Counted from the first letter of the stretch, positions 34,348 to 43,813 are shown. The stretch is 46,044 nt of DNA from Nitrospira bacterium HGW-Nitrospira-1 (GCA_002839535.1 PGYF01000001.1:2352-48395); one strand, 5' to 3'. Translations and numbers: made by a program. The notes: a model not told the origin generated them from the sequence alone.

Positions 34348-35202
34348 TCAGTCTTCACCCTTCATTGTTAAATAGCCGGAAAAAAGTATCAGAACACCTC
34401 CGAAAGCAGAGTATATCCCTGGTTTTTCATTTAACAATAGCATACTTAAAAGTATTGCGCTCACAGGCTCGATATACCCAAGCACCGCAGCCCTGTTTGC
34501 CGTTACTGTCTGGAGACCTTTAAAATAGAGGATTGGCGCAATAGTGGAATGCACGATTCCCATGACCAGAAAACTCCTCCAGGCATGCAAGGGAACTGCT
34601 CGTATAAAAGGCAAAAGCATGACCACGATAAAAGTATTAGCCCAAAAAGACAGGACTACAGGGGAAAAATGTCTGGAATAGCTTCTGGAGAGGATGATGA
34701 TAATCGCATAAAAAAGGCCCGAGGCAAGTCCGGCAGCCAGACCATATCCATGCGCCTCGCCTACAGAGAAACCGTTCAGAAGAATCCATAGTCCTGCTGA
34801 AGCAATAACCATGGCTGTTATCAACCTCAGCGTCGCCTTTTCCCCTAAAAATGCTGACGCAAGAAACGCAACAATGATAGGAGCGGTATAATGAGTGAGT
34901 ACTGCATTTGCGATCGTGGTATTCTGGAAGGCATAAAAGAACGTGAAATTATTCAGCATTGAAACAATTCCCAGGATAAAAGGATAGGAAAGTTTTTTCA
35001 GTCCTGTAATTTCCCCCCGGTATTTTTTTTGCGAGACAACAACTCCCTGTATCATTATGGACACAAGCAGAGAATAAAAAATGAGGACATGAATTTCAAC
35101 TTCTGATAATCTTACGAGAATGCCGATTGAACTCCAGAGAAGTATGGCGAAAAGGATAAAAAAATAGCCTGTTCTACGAGACTCCGTTGTAAGATTATTC
35201 AT
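34348..35202 (-). CDS. EamA/DMT-family transporter
   Basis: 284 aa, about 10 hydrophobic helices arranged as two EamA-like halves. Confidence 0.8.
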   Translation of the reverse strand: MNNLTTESRRTGYFFILFAILLWSSIGILVRLSEVEIHVLIFYSLLVSIMIQGVVVSQKKYRGEITGLKKLSYPFILGIVSMLNNFTFFYAFQNTTIANAVLTHYTAPIIVAFLASAFLGEKATLRLITAMVIASAGLWILLNGFSVGEAHGYGLAAGLASGLFYAIIIILSRSYSRHFSPVVLSFWANTFIVVMLLPFIRAVPLHAWRSFLVMGIVHSTIAPILYFKGLQTVTANRAAVLGYIEPVSAILLSMLLLNEKPGIYSAFGGVLILFSGYLTMKGED

Positions 35203-35291
35203 TCTTTATATCCTGTATAATTATAAAATTGTGAGTTGTTCATTTTACCATAAGGCTGGACAGCCAAGGCAAAAAAGGGTTACATTTCAAC

Positions 35292-36524
35292 ATGGAACTT
35301 TTTAATGACAAAACTGTAAAAGAACCCCTTGCCTTTCGCATGAGTCCCCGGAACACCGATGAATACGTTGGGCAGGAGCATATTTTAGGCAAAGGCAAGC
35401 TCTTAAGGAGGGCAATCGAAGCTGACAGGATAACCTCCCTGATCCTCTACGGTCCGCCAGGCACAGGCAAGACAGCGCTGGCAAAGGTAATAGCCGAAAA
35501 GACCAGGGCGCATTTTGAATGGCTGAACGCGGCCACTGCCGGGTTGGATGAGTTGAGAAAGATCATTCAGGCAGCCCGGGCACGCAAGTCAGGGGGTATG
35601 CGCACGATTCTATTCCTCGATGAAATTCACCGGTTCAATAAACTCCAACAGGACGCCCTGCTGCCGGACGTCGAGGAAGGGAATATCACATTGATAGCCG
35701 CTACAGTGGAGAACCCTTTCTTCTATGTGAACTCCGCGCTGCTTTCCCGGAGTCAGGTATTCGAATTAAAACCTCTTTCAGAAGAAGACATACTAAAGAT
35801 ACTCCGCAACAGCCTCGCTGATAAAGAACGCGGATTGGGCAATCTCAGGATATCTGTCCCGGAAGACGCCTTGCGGCATATAGCAGGGATGTCGGATGGA
35901 GACGGCCGAAAGGCATTGTCAGCCCTTGAAATAGCAGCGCTCACAACCGTGCCTGACAAAGATGAATGCATCCATATAACACTCCCCATTGCAGAGGAAT
36001 CCATCCAGAAAAAGGTGGTGTTCTATGACAAAAAAGGAGACCAGCATTACGATACAATATCCGCCTTCATAAAGAGTATGCGCGGTTCTGACCCTGATGC
36101 TGCGGTATATTACCTCGCAAAGATGATATACGCCGGAGAAGACCCCAGGTTTATTGCCAGAAGGATTGTTATCTGCGCCTCCGAAGACGTCGGAAACGCA
36201 GACCCTATGGCCTTAGTCGTCGCTATATCCGCCTTAAAATCAGTTGAGTTCATCGGCATGCCGGAGGCAAGAATACCCCTGGCGCAGGCAGCTATCTATA
36301 TCGCCAATGCCCCGAAAAGCAACGCCTGTTACAAGGCCATCGAGGCTGCCCTTGAAGATATCAAAAATGAACAGACCCTGGAGACGCCGAATCACCTGAA
36401 GGACAGCCATTATCCAGGAGCCGGGAAGTTAGGCCATGGGAAAGACTACAAATATCCGCATGACTTTGGTGGATATGTAGAACAGGAATACTTAAAGAAA
36501 AAGAAAAAATATTATACTCCCTGA
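35292..36524 (+). CDS. rarA: Replication-associated recombination protein A (MgsA/RarA AAA+ ATPase)
   Basis: 410 aa. GPPGTGKTALAK Walker A, LFLDEIHRFNK, and a C-terminal MgsA domain (YDTISAFIKSMRGSDPDAAVYYLA). Confidence 0.9.
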   Translation: MELFNDKTVKEPLAFRMSPRNTDEYVGQEHILGKGKLLRRAIEADRITSLILYGPPGTGKTALAKVIAEKTRAHFEWLNAATAGLDELRKIIQAARARKSGGMRTILFLDEIHRFNKLQQDALLPDVEEGNITLIAATVENPFFYVNSALLSRSQVFELKPLSEEDILKILRNSLADKERGLGNLRISVPEDALRHIAGMSDGDGRKALSALEIAALTTVPDKDECIHITLPIAEESIQKKVVFYDKKGDQHYDTISAFIKSMRGSDPDAAVYYLAKMIYAGEDPRFIARRIVICASEDVGNADPMALVVAISALKSVEFIGMPEARIPLAQAAIYIANAPKSNACYKAIEAALEDIKNEQTLETPNHLKDSHYPGAGKLGHGKDYKYPHDFGGYVEQEYLKKKKKYYTP

Positions 36525-36557
36525 ATTATCGACAGTCTCAAAATAATAACAACTCTC

Positions 36558-37061
36558 TCAGCAGTTCTTGCCTTTCATGCGTTTGAATTTCTCTTTCAGG
36601 GCCTTTTCTACAGTCAAAGGCACAAGCCCTTTTACACAACCGCCCAACAAGGCGATTTCCTTGACAATCGTTGCAGTCAGGTAAGAGTATTCTTCACTGG
36701 GCATCATGAAAACCGTTTCAATCTCTGAACGCAGACGCCTGTTCATGAGCGCCATCTGAAGTTCATATTCAAAATCCGAAACAGCCCTTAAACCGCGGAT
36801 AATAGCGACGCCTTTTTTCTCTTTTACATAATCAACAAGAAGCCCGTCAAAGACTTCGCATCTGACTCTGTCATATTTTTTTAATGTCTTTTCTATCAGA
36901 GAAAGCCGCTCTTCAATAGTAAAAAGAGGGATTTTTTTCAGGCTGGGGGCAAGGGCCACGATCACCTCGTCAAAAATCCCAAGACTTCGTATGACAAGGT
37001 CAAGATGTCCGTTTGTAAAAGGGTCGAATGTTCCCGGATAAATCGCGATTTTTTTCTTCAT
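36558..37061 (-). CDS. coaD: Phosphopantetheine adenylyltransferase
   Basis: 167 aa. IAIYPGTFDPFTNGHLD signature. Confidence 0.9.
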   Translation of the reverse strand: MKKKIAIYPGTFDPFTNGHLDLVIRSLGIFDEVIVALAPSLKKIPLFTIEERLSLIEKTLKKYDRVRCEVFDGLLVDYVKEKKGVAIIRGLRAVSDFEYELQMALMNRRLRSEIETVFMMPSEEYSYLTATIVKEIALLGGCVKGLVPLTVEKALKEKFKRMKGKNC

Positions 37062-37636
37062 TGTTCTTTCCTGTATAATGTTATTATTGTGCCGCCGTAC
37101 TTATAATCTTTTGTCTTTTTGATATTCTGCATATGAGCAGGAAGCGCTGTTTTGGAGAAATGCTCAACCAGGATGCATCCATGGTCTTTCAGCATGCTGT
37201 ATTTCGCAATACAGGGGAGCGCCCTCTCAATTTCATCAGACTGATATGGGGGATCAGCAAATATAATATCAAATTTCAGCCCTGTTCTCATAGCCCTCTG
37301 CAAAAAAGTTTCAGCTTTTTCCCGATACACAGCGGCCCTGTCATCCAGTCCTGTCTTGCGGATATAATCCGTAATCGCCTTTGCCCGCACAAGGCTGCTT
37401 TCAACAAAATAAACCTTTTCAGCGCCCCTTGATAATGCCTCTAACCCCACAGCGCCTGTCCCGGCATAAAGGTCCAGAAACAATGCGTGATCTATCTCAG
37501 CCCGCACTATGTCAAATATGGCTTCCCTGACCTTTGAAGATGTTGGTCTGAGTTCGTCGCCGTCAGATGAGGTGAAGATTTTTTTTGAGGCAGCAACCTT
37601 TCGCCCCTTGAGTCTTCCACTGGAAATCCGGACCAT
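37058..37636 (-). CDS. rsmD: 16S rRNA (guanine966-N2)-methyltransferase
   Basis: 192 aa. LDLYAGTGAVGLEALSRGA and FADPPY motifs. The 4-nt overlap with coaD matches the conserved rsmD-coaD pairing. Confidence 0.85.
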   Translation of the reverse strand: MVRISSGRLKGRKVAASKKIFTSSDGDELRPTSSKVREAIFDIVRAEIDHALFLDLYAGTGAVGLEALSRGAEKVYFVESSLVRAKAITDYIRKTGLDDRAAVYREKAETFLQRAMRTGLKFDIIFADPPYQSDEIERALPCIAKYSMLKDHGCILVEHFSKTALPAHMQNIKKTKDYKYGGTIITLYRKEQ

Positions 37637-37647
37637 GTTCTCTCTTT

Positions 37648-38310
37648 TTATTTCCCCGGCAGCGGGTTAATAAAAGGCCTGTCATCAAAAGCCGCGCCTT
37701 TGATCCTGACCTTGCGGCCGTGTATCTCAAGCCTGCCCTCAGAAAACATTTTAATGGCCTCTGGAAATATCTTATGTTCGAGTCTGAGAATCCTTTCAGA
37801 CAGCGTTTCCTCTGTGTCATCGTCATTTACCGGAACCGCCGCCTGAATGATGACAGGTCCGGTATCCATCCCTTCATCCACAAAATGCACTGTACACCCG
37901 GATATCTTTACTCCATAATCGTTGGCCTGTTTTTGTCCATGCAGTCCTGGAAATGAAGGCAAAAGGGCCGGATGTATATTCATAACGCTGTCAGGGTAAG
38001 CAGCCAGCAAAGGCTTTCCGATTACTCTCATAAAACCGGCCAGGATAACCAGTTCAACCCCCCTTTTCTTCAGTTCGGATGCAATGTCCCTGAAGTATTC
38101 ATCCCGTGAGCTGTAGTCCTTTGGACGCATGACAAGATACTCTATCCCATGTTTTTTGGCCCTCTCAATCGAGAAGGCCTTTGGGTTATCTGTTATAAGC
38201 ACAAGTATCTGGGCGTGGATGCAGCCGGTTTCAATTGAATCAATAATAGCCTGGAAATTAGACCCCCGGCCAGAGGCAAGCGCTCCTATTTTCAGAGTTT
38301 TCATAAACAT
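37648..38310 (-). CDS. purN: Phosphoribosylglycinamide formyltransferase
   Basis: LKIGALASGRGSNFQAI, NIHPALLPSF and a GCTVHFV..G.D.GP motif. The start is moved to ATG 38310, 5 nt after the upstream stop, instead of 38364. Confidence 0.9.
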   Translation of the reverse strand: MFMKTLKIGALASGRGSNFQAIIDSIETGCIHAQILVLITDNPKAFSIERAKKHGIEYLVMRPKDYSSRDEYFRDIASELKKRGVELVILAGFMRVIGKPLLAAYPDSVMNIHPALLPSFPGLHGQKQANDYGVKISGCTVHFVDEGMDTGPVIIQAAVPVNDDDTEETLSERILRLEHKIFPEAIKMFSEGRLEIHGRKVRIKGAAFDDRPFINPLPGK

Positions 38311-38315
38311 ACGCC

Positions 38316-39275
38316 TTAAGGCTTTACCTCGATAAATGCCTTCTCCCTGAGCGATTTTATCCATGCATTATATTTTTCAGTAAAAATCTTATTATCAAGC
38401 ATCCTCTTTGCTTCTTCCATCATCTCATCCTTATTTTTGGCCTCCACCCTGGATTCAAGTTTAATGATATGAAGACCACTCTCAGTCCAGAACGGTTTGC
38501 TGACGTCGCCAGGCTTCATCCCGGATATAACGTCTATGAAATTCCTGTTCAGATGGCTTTTTTTCAATACACCCAAATCACCGCCGGCGCTTGCAGATGG
38601 GTCCTCGGAATACTGTTTTGCAAGGTCGTTGAAATTCCCGCCCTGCTCTATTTTTTTGAGCACTTCTCCGGCTCTATCTTCAAGCCTGCCTTGGTCGGCG
38701 TCTTTTTGTTTCTTGAATAATATCTGGCTTATTCTATAGCTCTCCGTATCTTCCAATGCCTCTTTATTTTCAGCGACGAATTTTTTGAGATCTTCATCGG
38801 TTATGACAATCTTGTTTCTTATCTGCATATTGACAAGCTTGCTGACAATTATCTGCTCACTGAGCCTTTTCCTGTATTCTTCATAGGTGAAACCCTCGCC
38901 CTTCAGAGATTCGCTGAAGGCAGCCTCTGACATTGCATATTTCTTTTTTATGCTGTTGATAGTCTCCTGAAGTTCTTCATCAGAGGCCCTTATTCCAATA
39001 TTTTTTGCCTCTTGCATCTGTAATCTTGCGTTAATAAGTGTTTCGAGAAACAATGCCTCATTTTCCCTGAATACCCTTCTCTTTTCATCGCCTTGAAGCC
39101 CTTTTACAGTTGGCGAAGCATCTGCCTCCATAGTTTTATACAACTCGCTCCAGGTTATTACATCCTGGTTTACAATAGCAACAATTCTGTCCAGAAGCTC
39201 CGCAGCATGACTGAGACTGGAAAACAGGAAGATGCAAACAATTATCATCATTCCAATACGATTCGCTTTAAACAT
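38316..39275 (-). CDS. SurA-like periplasmic chaperone / parvulin-type peptidyl-prolyl isomerase
   Basis: Signal peptide MFKANRIGMMIIVCIFLFSSLSHA, a SurA-N-like region and a PpiC rotamase region (GGDLGVLKK...ESGLHIIKLESR). ATG 39275 has a GGGAGG Shine-Dalgarno and is preferred over 39299. Confidence 0.8.
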   Translation of the reverse strand: MFKANRIGMMIIVCIFLFSSLSHAAELLDRIVAIVNQDVITWSELYKTMEADASPTVKGLQGDEKRRVFRENEALFLETLINARLQMQEAKNIGIRASDEELQETINSIKKKYAMSEAAFSESLKGEGFTYEEYRKRLSEQIIVSKLVNMQIRNKIVITDEDLKKFVAENKEALEDTESYRISQILFKKQKDADQGRLEDRAGEVLKKIEQGGNFNDLAKQYSEDPSASAGGDLGVLKKSHLNRNFIDVISGMKPGDVSKPFWTESGLHIIKLESRVEAKNKDEMMEEAKRMLDNKIFTEKYNAWIKSLREKAFIEVKP

Positions 39276-39300
39276 TCTGTCCCTCCCGATTCTTACCATA

Positions 39301-39340
39301 ATTATACAGGTTAGCCCTTAATTATATAGGTTAGCCCTTA
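39301..39340. repeat. 20-nt tandem duplication spanning the fabD stop codon
   Basis: attatacaggttagccctta (39301-39320) and attatataggttagccctta (39321-39340) differ at one position. On the minus strand each unit contains TAAGGGCTAA and TATAAT. Confidence 0.85.
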
Positions 39341-40260
39341 AGCTCTCCGAGTGTTCTGTTCAGGCTTGCGGAGTCTTCAACATTATAAAGTTTTACAGAA
39401 GGCTCTATCCGCCTGATAAGTCCTGTAAGCGTCTTGCCGGGGCCAACCTCAATAAAGGCGTCTATGCCGGTCTCGACCATATTTTTTACCGAGTCTTCCC
39501 ATAATAAGGGGCTGTTTAACTGTCTAATGAGAGACGCCTTAATCCTTTCCGCAGTTGTTAAAAATACTGCGTCTGCGTTGTTCATAATAGGGACTTCAGG
39601 GTCCTTTATTTCGATGGTATTGAGGAGTTCAGCCAGCCTGTTCGACGCCTTTGCCATTAAAGCACAATGTGACGGCACACTGACCGCCAGGGCAAGCGCC
39701 CTTTTTGCGCCGGCATTCTTTGCCAGCTTCATCGCATCTTCAACAGCCTGTTTCTCTCCCGCGATAACGATCTGTCCGGGGGAATTATAATTTGCAGGAG
39801 AAACGTATCCTGTTTCAACAGAGCGGCATATGTCATCCACCTTCTGCCGGTCGAGTCCGATAATTGCCGCCATCAGCCCCTGTCCTTCGGGCACAGCCTC
39901 CTGCATAAACATCCCCCTTTTTTCAGTAAGCAGCGCTGCCTCTTTAAAGGAGATGACGCCTGCAGCAACAATTGCTGAATATTCACCGAGGCTGTGTCCT
40001 GCCATAACATGGGCTGTAATTCCATGGGAAGACAGCGCCTTGTAAGCTGCAATACCGGCGGTCAGGATACAGGGCTGCGTACGGAAAGTCTTATTTAACT
40101 CTTCCTGGGGGCCGTTAAAACTCAGTTCTTTGACATCATAGCCGAGCGTTTCAGAGGCCTCCTCATACAGCCTATGAACCTCATCAAAATTTTCACAGAG
40201 GTCTTTTCCCATCCCAACATACTGCGACCCCTGTCCCGGAAATACAAAGGCTATTTTCAT
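39331..40260 (-). CDS. fabD: Malonyl-CoA:ACP transacylase
   Basis: 309 aa. FVFPGQGSQYVGMG and GHSLGEYSA active-site motifs. Confidence 0.9.
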   Translation of the reverse strand: MKIAFVFPGQGSQYVGMGKDLCENFDEVHRLYEEASETLGYDVKELSFNGPQEELNKTFRTQPCILTAGIAAYKALSSHGITAHVMAGHSLGEYSAIVAAGVISFKEAALLTEKRGMFMQEAVPEGQGLMAAIIGLDRQKVDDICRSVETGYVSPANYNSPGQIVIAGEKQAVEDAMKLAKNAGAKRALALAVSVPSHCALMAKASNRLAELLNTIEIKDPEVPIMNNADAVFLTTAERIKASLIRQLNSPLLWEDSVKNMVETGIDAFIEVGPGKTLTGLIRRIEPSVKLYNVEDSASLNRTLGELKG

Positions 40261-41444
40261 ATTCCCTTTGCCTCTTTTATCTTTCTTGTCAGCATCGGGA
40301 CAATTTCAAATAAATCTCCCACAATGCCGTAAGTGGCGATATTAAAAATCGGGGCCTCGGGGTTTTTATTGATCGCAATGATAATATCCGACGACTGCAT
40401 TCCGACTATATGCTGCACAGCGCCCGAGATCCCGCAGGCAATATATATCTTTGGCCCTACGGTCTTTCCCGTCTGTCCCACCTGGTGACTGTAGGGGATC
40501 CATCCCTCATCAACAGCAGCCCTTGACGCGCCAAGAGATGCTCCCAGCGCCCCGGCGAGTTCGTGGAGCAATTTGAAGCCCTTTTCGCCGCCTGTTCCTC
40601 TTCCTCCGGCAACGATAATATTGGCTTCCTGCAGATTTACGGAAATATCAGAGACCTCTTTGACGATCTCCAACACCTTTGTGCGCGACCTTACCTTATC
40701 AGCCTTTACCGCAATGATCTCTCCCAGTCCGGATTCATCATATACGCCCCTCTTCATCACCCTGGGCCTGACAGTTGCCATCTGCGGCCGTGTATGAGGG
40801 CAGAGTATGGCAGCCATGATATTCCCTCCGAAGGCAGGACGTATCTGGATAAGATTTTTTGCAGCTTCATCTATTTCAAGAGATGTACAGTCAGCGGTCA
40901 ATCCTGTCTTAAGCCTTGCTGCAACCCTCGGAATAAAAGACCTGCCTATAGGCGTTGCTCCGGCAAGGACTATCTCAGGTTTATATCGCTCAATAAGATC
41001 CGAAAGCAGGCCTGCATAGGGTTCATCATTGAAGGCGCTGACTAATGCGTCGGCGCAGTGATAGACCCTGTCGGCGCCCCACTTTATCAGCTCCTGCGCC
41101 TCCTCCTCTGTTGCGCCAAAGAGTACGGCGGAAACTTCTGTCCCAAGTTTATCAGCAAGTTTTTTACCTATCCCGAGCAACTCAAAGGATACGCCTGCAA
41201 TAACGCCTTCCCGTTGTTCAGCGTAAATCCAGACGCCACTGCCCTGTCCCTTTTCTTTTTTATCGGACGCCTCCTCGATCTCATATATCGCGCCCTCAGG
41301 GCAAACACTAAGGCAGGCGCGGCATAACTGGCAGTTCTCAGTAATCTCCGCCTTATCGTCTTGCATAACAATAGCGTCAAAAGGACATGACTGGATACAG
41401 GACTCACAACCGCTGCATTTATCTCTATTGACCTTTATAAACAT
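40257..41444 (-). CDS. etfA: Electron transfer flavoprotein alpha subunit with N-terminal 2x[4Fe-4S] ferredoxin domain
   Basis: CSGCESCIQSCP and CQLCRACLSVCP cluster motifs in the first ~60 aa, followed by a full EtfA (…GISGAVQHIVGM…). Confidence 0.85.
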   Translation of the reverse strand: MFIKVNRDKCSGCESCIQSCPFDAIVMQDDKAEITENCQLCRACLSVCPEGAIYEIEEASDKKEKGQGSGVWIYAEQREGVIAGVSFELLGIGKKLADKLGTEVSAVLFGATEEEAQELIKWGADRVYHCADALVSAFNDEPYAGLLSDLIERYKPEIVLAGATPIGRSFIPRVAARLKTGLTADCTSLEIDEAAKNLIQIRPAFGGNIMAAILCPHTRPQMATVRPRVMKRGVYDESGLGEIIAVKADKVRSRTKVLEIVKEVSDISVNLQEANIIVAGGRGTGGEKGFKLLHELAGALGASLGASRAAVDEGWIPYSHQVGQTGKTVGPKIYIACGISGAVQHIVGMQSSDIIIAINKNPEAPIFNIATYGIVGDLFEIVPMLTRKIKEAKGI

Positions 41445-42217
41445 TTCAGACCCGCCAGTTCCCTGATTAATGATTCAACCTGTTCTTCTGCGGTCCCCTC
41501 AAGCATCTTCCGGTCTTTCTTCACTTTGGGGGCAAAGATATTCCTTACCTGGGTAGGAGAACCATTGAGACCAAGGCTTTCTTCTTCTGCCTTGATATCT
41601 GCTGCGCCGAGCCTTCTGATCACCGCTTTTTTGGCAGCCATTTTGCCTTTCAGGGAGGGTAGCCTTGGAACATTCAATTCCCTGACCACTGTAAGCAGCA
41701 CAGGCAGGGACGACTCAACAACATCATATCCGTCGTCCATCAATCTCTGCACAACAATTGTGCTGTCAGTTATATCGTCAATTTTCCGTACATAGGCAAC
41801 GTGAGGGATATCGAGAAACTCCGCGATCTCAGGCCCTACCTGGGCTGTATCGCCGTCTATTGCCTGTTTGCCGCAAAGTATAATATCCGCGCCGATATGT
41901 TCTATGGCCTTTGCAAGGGTATATGCCGTGGCCCATGTATCAGATCCGGCAAATGCCCTGTCGGTAAGAAGCGCCGCCCCATCAGCGCCCATTGATATGG
42001 CCTCTCTCAACGCATTTTCAGCCTGCGGCGGCCCCATGGTAACTACTGTCACAGTCCCGCCTGTCTTTTCCCTGATCTGAAGACCTGCCTCTATCGCATG
42101 TGTATCATACGGATTTATGATTGACGGGACGCCGTCTCTTATCAGGGTGTTTGTCTCAGGGTTTATCCTGACTTCAGCAGTGTCCGGCACCTGTTTAATG
42201 CAGACAATTATCCTCAT
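41435..42217 (-). CDS. etfB: Electron transfer flavoprotein beta subunit
   Basis: 260 aa. MRIIVCIKQVPD...INPYD signature. Confidence 0.9.
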   Translation of the reverse strand: MRIIVCIKQVPDTAEVRINPETNTLIRDGVPSIINPYDTHAIEAGLQIREKTGGTVTVVTMGPPQAENALREAISMGADGAALLTDRAFAGSDTWATAYTLAKAIEHIGADIILCGKQAIDGDTAQVGPEIAEFLDIPHVAYVRKIDDITDSTIVVQRLMDDGYDVVESSLPVLLTVVRELNVPRLPSLKGKMAAKKAVIRRLGAADIKAEEESLGLNGSPTQVRNIFAPKVKKDRKMLEGTAEEQVESLIRELAGLKCL

Positions 42218-42425
42218 TTGTTTCTGACCTCACTATTAAGAAAAGAATTTTAAAATAAAAACAAATATCCCAAGGCAAGCTTATTTTTACATAAAATCTT
42301 ATCACAACGCTGTAGCTCAGCGTCAATTTTAGTCCTATTTCCCAAATTTTATTATACAGGAAGGGGTTGCAAATTAATAATAATGGGTTTCAAGGATATG
42401 ATCACGGCAAAGTCGGTCGCAATTT

Positions 42426-42500
42426 GTCATTCCCGCAAGCTAAGCGAGTCGGGAATCCTTCCGAAAACAGCGGGAAAGATTCCGGACAAGACATAATGAC
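42426..42500. repeat. Second copy of the nested-palindrome repeat element
   Basis: Outer gtcatt (42426-42431) / aatgac (42495-42500). Inner 7-bp stem attcccg (42429-42435) / cgggaat (42450-42456). Imperfect stem ggaatcctt / aaagattcc. Same layout as 19-87. The upstream flank agtcggtcgcaat resembles the 20-nt tandem units at 72-131. Confidence 0.65.
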
Positions 42501-42624
42501 AGAGAAAAAAACAAGTTCAGGGAGAATTTTCTTTGATGGCAAGTTGTTTCCCCTTTTGTCTTTTTGTGGCTTCTATTTTATCATACCTCTACAGTCTTGG
42601 GGTTTGTGCAACAGGCTCTACATA

Positions 42625-43074
42625 TCATCGTTTATTATCTACGTTTTTATCTAAAATGACATCTATCATTGTCTTTCGCTGCTGATTGAACAATTTTTTT
42701 ACTTTCTCCCTATACTCTTCAGGCGTTATATGTTCCTGATGTGTACCTATTACCACTTTAACATTGGGAAATTCCTTTTCCACCTCAGTTTTATATTTTT
42801 CTTTAAACGGGCATAGTGCTTTCATACAATAGGTAAAGTGTATGGCATCTGTCCTGAATTCAGTAAGAGCCCTGATCCGCTGCAATAATTTATCAGTACC
42901 CGTAAGCGTAGGACATCCCGGGCAATTAATTATTCCGATCAAATCCAGAGGTTGATCCTGCGGATAATCCGCAAATGCTCCTTTCCTTTTACGCAGGGCA
43001 GCTAAACAGCCTGCAGATGAGCATCCTAAATCCTGTGTTGCATTAGAACAGGTAAGTATCCCAATCCGTGCCAT
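42625..43074 (-). CDS. CGGC-domain protein
   Basis: 149 aa. MARIGILTCSN...INCPGCP...CPF cysteine pattern typical of the CGGC family. Function unknown. Confidence 0.7.
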   Translation of the reverse strand: MARIGILTCSNATQDLGCSSAGCLAALRKRKGAFADYPQDQPLDLIGIINCPGCPTLTGTDKLLQRIRALTEFRTDAIHFTYCMKALCPFKEKYKTEVEKEFPNVKVVIGTHQEHITPEEYREKVKKLFNQQRKTMIDVILDKNVDNKR

Positions 43075-43218
43075 TGATTACCTCCTTAGTCCTCCAATCT
43101 ACAATCCGTATAAAATTTTATCAACTTTTATCAAAAATATCCTGATTTTTTTATTTGTTAAGTAAAGTTTTTAAGCCGAGAAATCTACGCCATGCAAATC
43201 CAACAACATAACTATATA

Positions 43219-43542
43219 TTACAATCCTTGCGCCAAGATAGACGAAGGCAGGGGAGTTATTGACTTGCCGTTGCCTGAGAGCCCGTCAAAGGCTTCACGG
43301 AAGCCGATTCCTTCTGTTTTGGTAACGAAGCCGATCACGTCGCCGCCGGCGTTACAGCCGAAGCAGTGATAGAGGTTGGTTTTGGGGTTGACGGTAAAGG
43401 ATGGGGTCTTCTCATTATGGAAGGGACAGAGGCCGACGTAGTTGGCGCCTTTCTTTTGGAGCTTTACGCCGTAAGATGAAACAACAGTCCTAAGGTCATG
43501 GGACTGTTTGACTGTATCGATCTCTTTCTTGGATATTTGCAT
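43219..43542 (-). CDS. Stand-alone DnaG-type CHC2 zinc-finger protein (primase N-terminal domain only)
   Basis: 107 aa. GLCPFHNEKTPSFTVNPKTNLYHCFGCNAGGDVIGF is the CHC2 primase zinc finger. No TOPRIM or helicase part follows. Confidence 0.8.
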   Translation of the reverse strand: MQISKKEIDTVKQSHDLRTVVSSYGVKLQKKGANYVGLCPFHNEKTPSFTVNPKTNLYHCFGCNAGGDVIGFVTKTEGIGFREAFDGLSGNGKSITPLPSSILAQGL

Positions 43543-43813
43543 GTGTTCTCCTCTCTTTATTTCTCTCGTTCTCTCTTAGTGTTCTAAACAGCACGTCCCG
43601 GAGATGATTAAGGCTTTCCCTGAGCTGCAGGGGATCAACCATTGCCTTGCCTGCTCTGTAGGCTTCATCAAGGCCCGGAAGGTCTTCTCCGATTATCCTG
43701 AATGAGACGATCTGCCTGTTGTCCTCTGACAAATGGACTTCCGACAGCTTCCCGCCTTTCGATAAGAAGAACGCTCCCCGGAAGATGTCTGTTGTCTCAA
43801 GTATGCTCTGCAC
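43496..43813 (-). CDS. Small DUF5659-like phage/mobile-element protein
   Basis: 105 aa. TTDIFRGAFFLSKGGKLSEV...VSFRI... resembles the small DUF5659 family as recalled from memory. Its tail overlaps the zinc-finger gene by 47 nt. Confidence 0.45.
   Translation of the reverse strand: MQSILETTDIFRGAFFLSKGGKLSEVHLSEDNRQIVSFRIIGEDLPGLDEAYRAGKAMVDPLQLRESLNHLRDVLFRTLRENERNKERRTHANIQERDRYSQTVP

Noticed and set aside
42307-42335. tRNA-like string gctgtagctcagcg
   Set aside because: It only resembles the acceptor/D-arm start of a tRNA. No anticodon arm, T-arm (GTTCRANYC) or complementary 3' acceptor can be drawn. It is just a 5-bp hairpin (acgct/agcgt).
42367-42654. 95-aa ORF (+) in the etfB / CGGC intergenic region
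   Set aside because: It reads straight through the palindromic repeat element (…SFPQAKRVGNPSENSGKDSGQD…), the kind of artefactual translation such repeats generate. It has no ribosome-binding site, and its 3' end overlaps the CGGC gene on the other strand.
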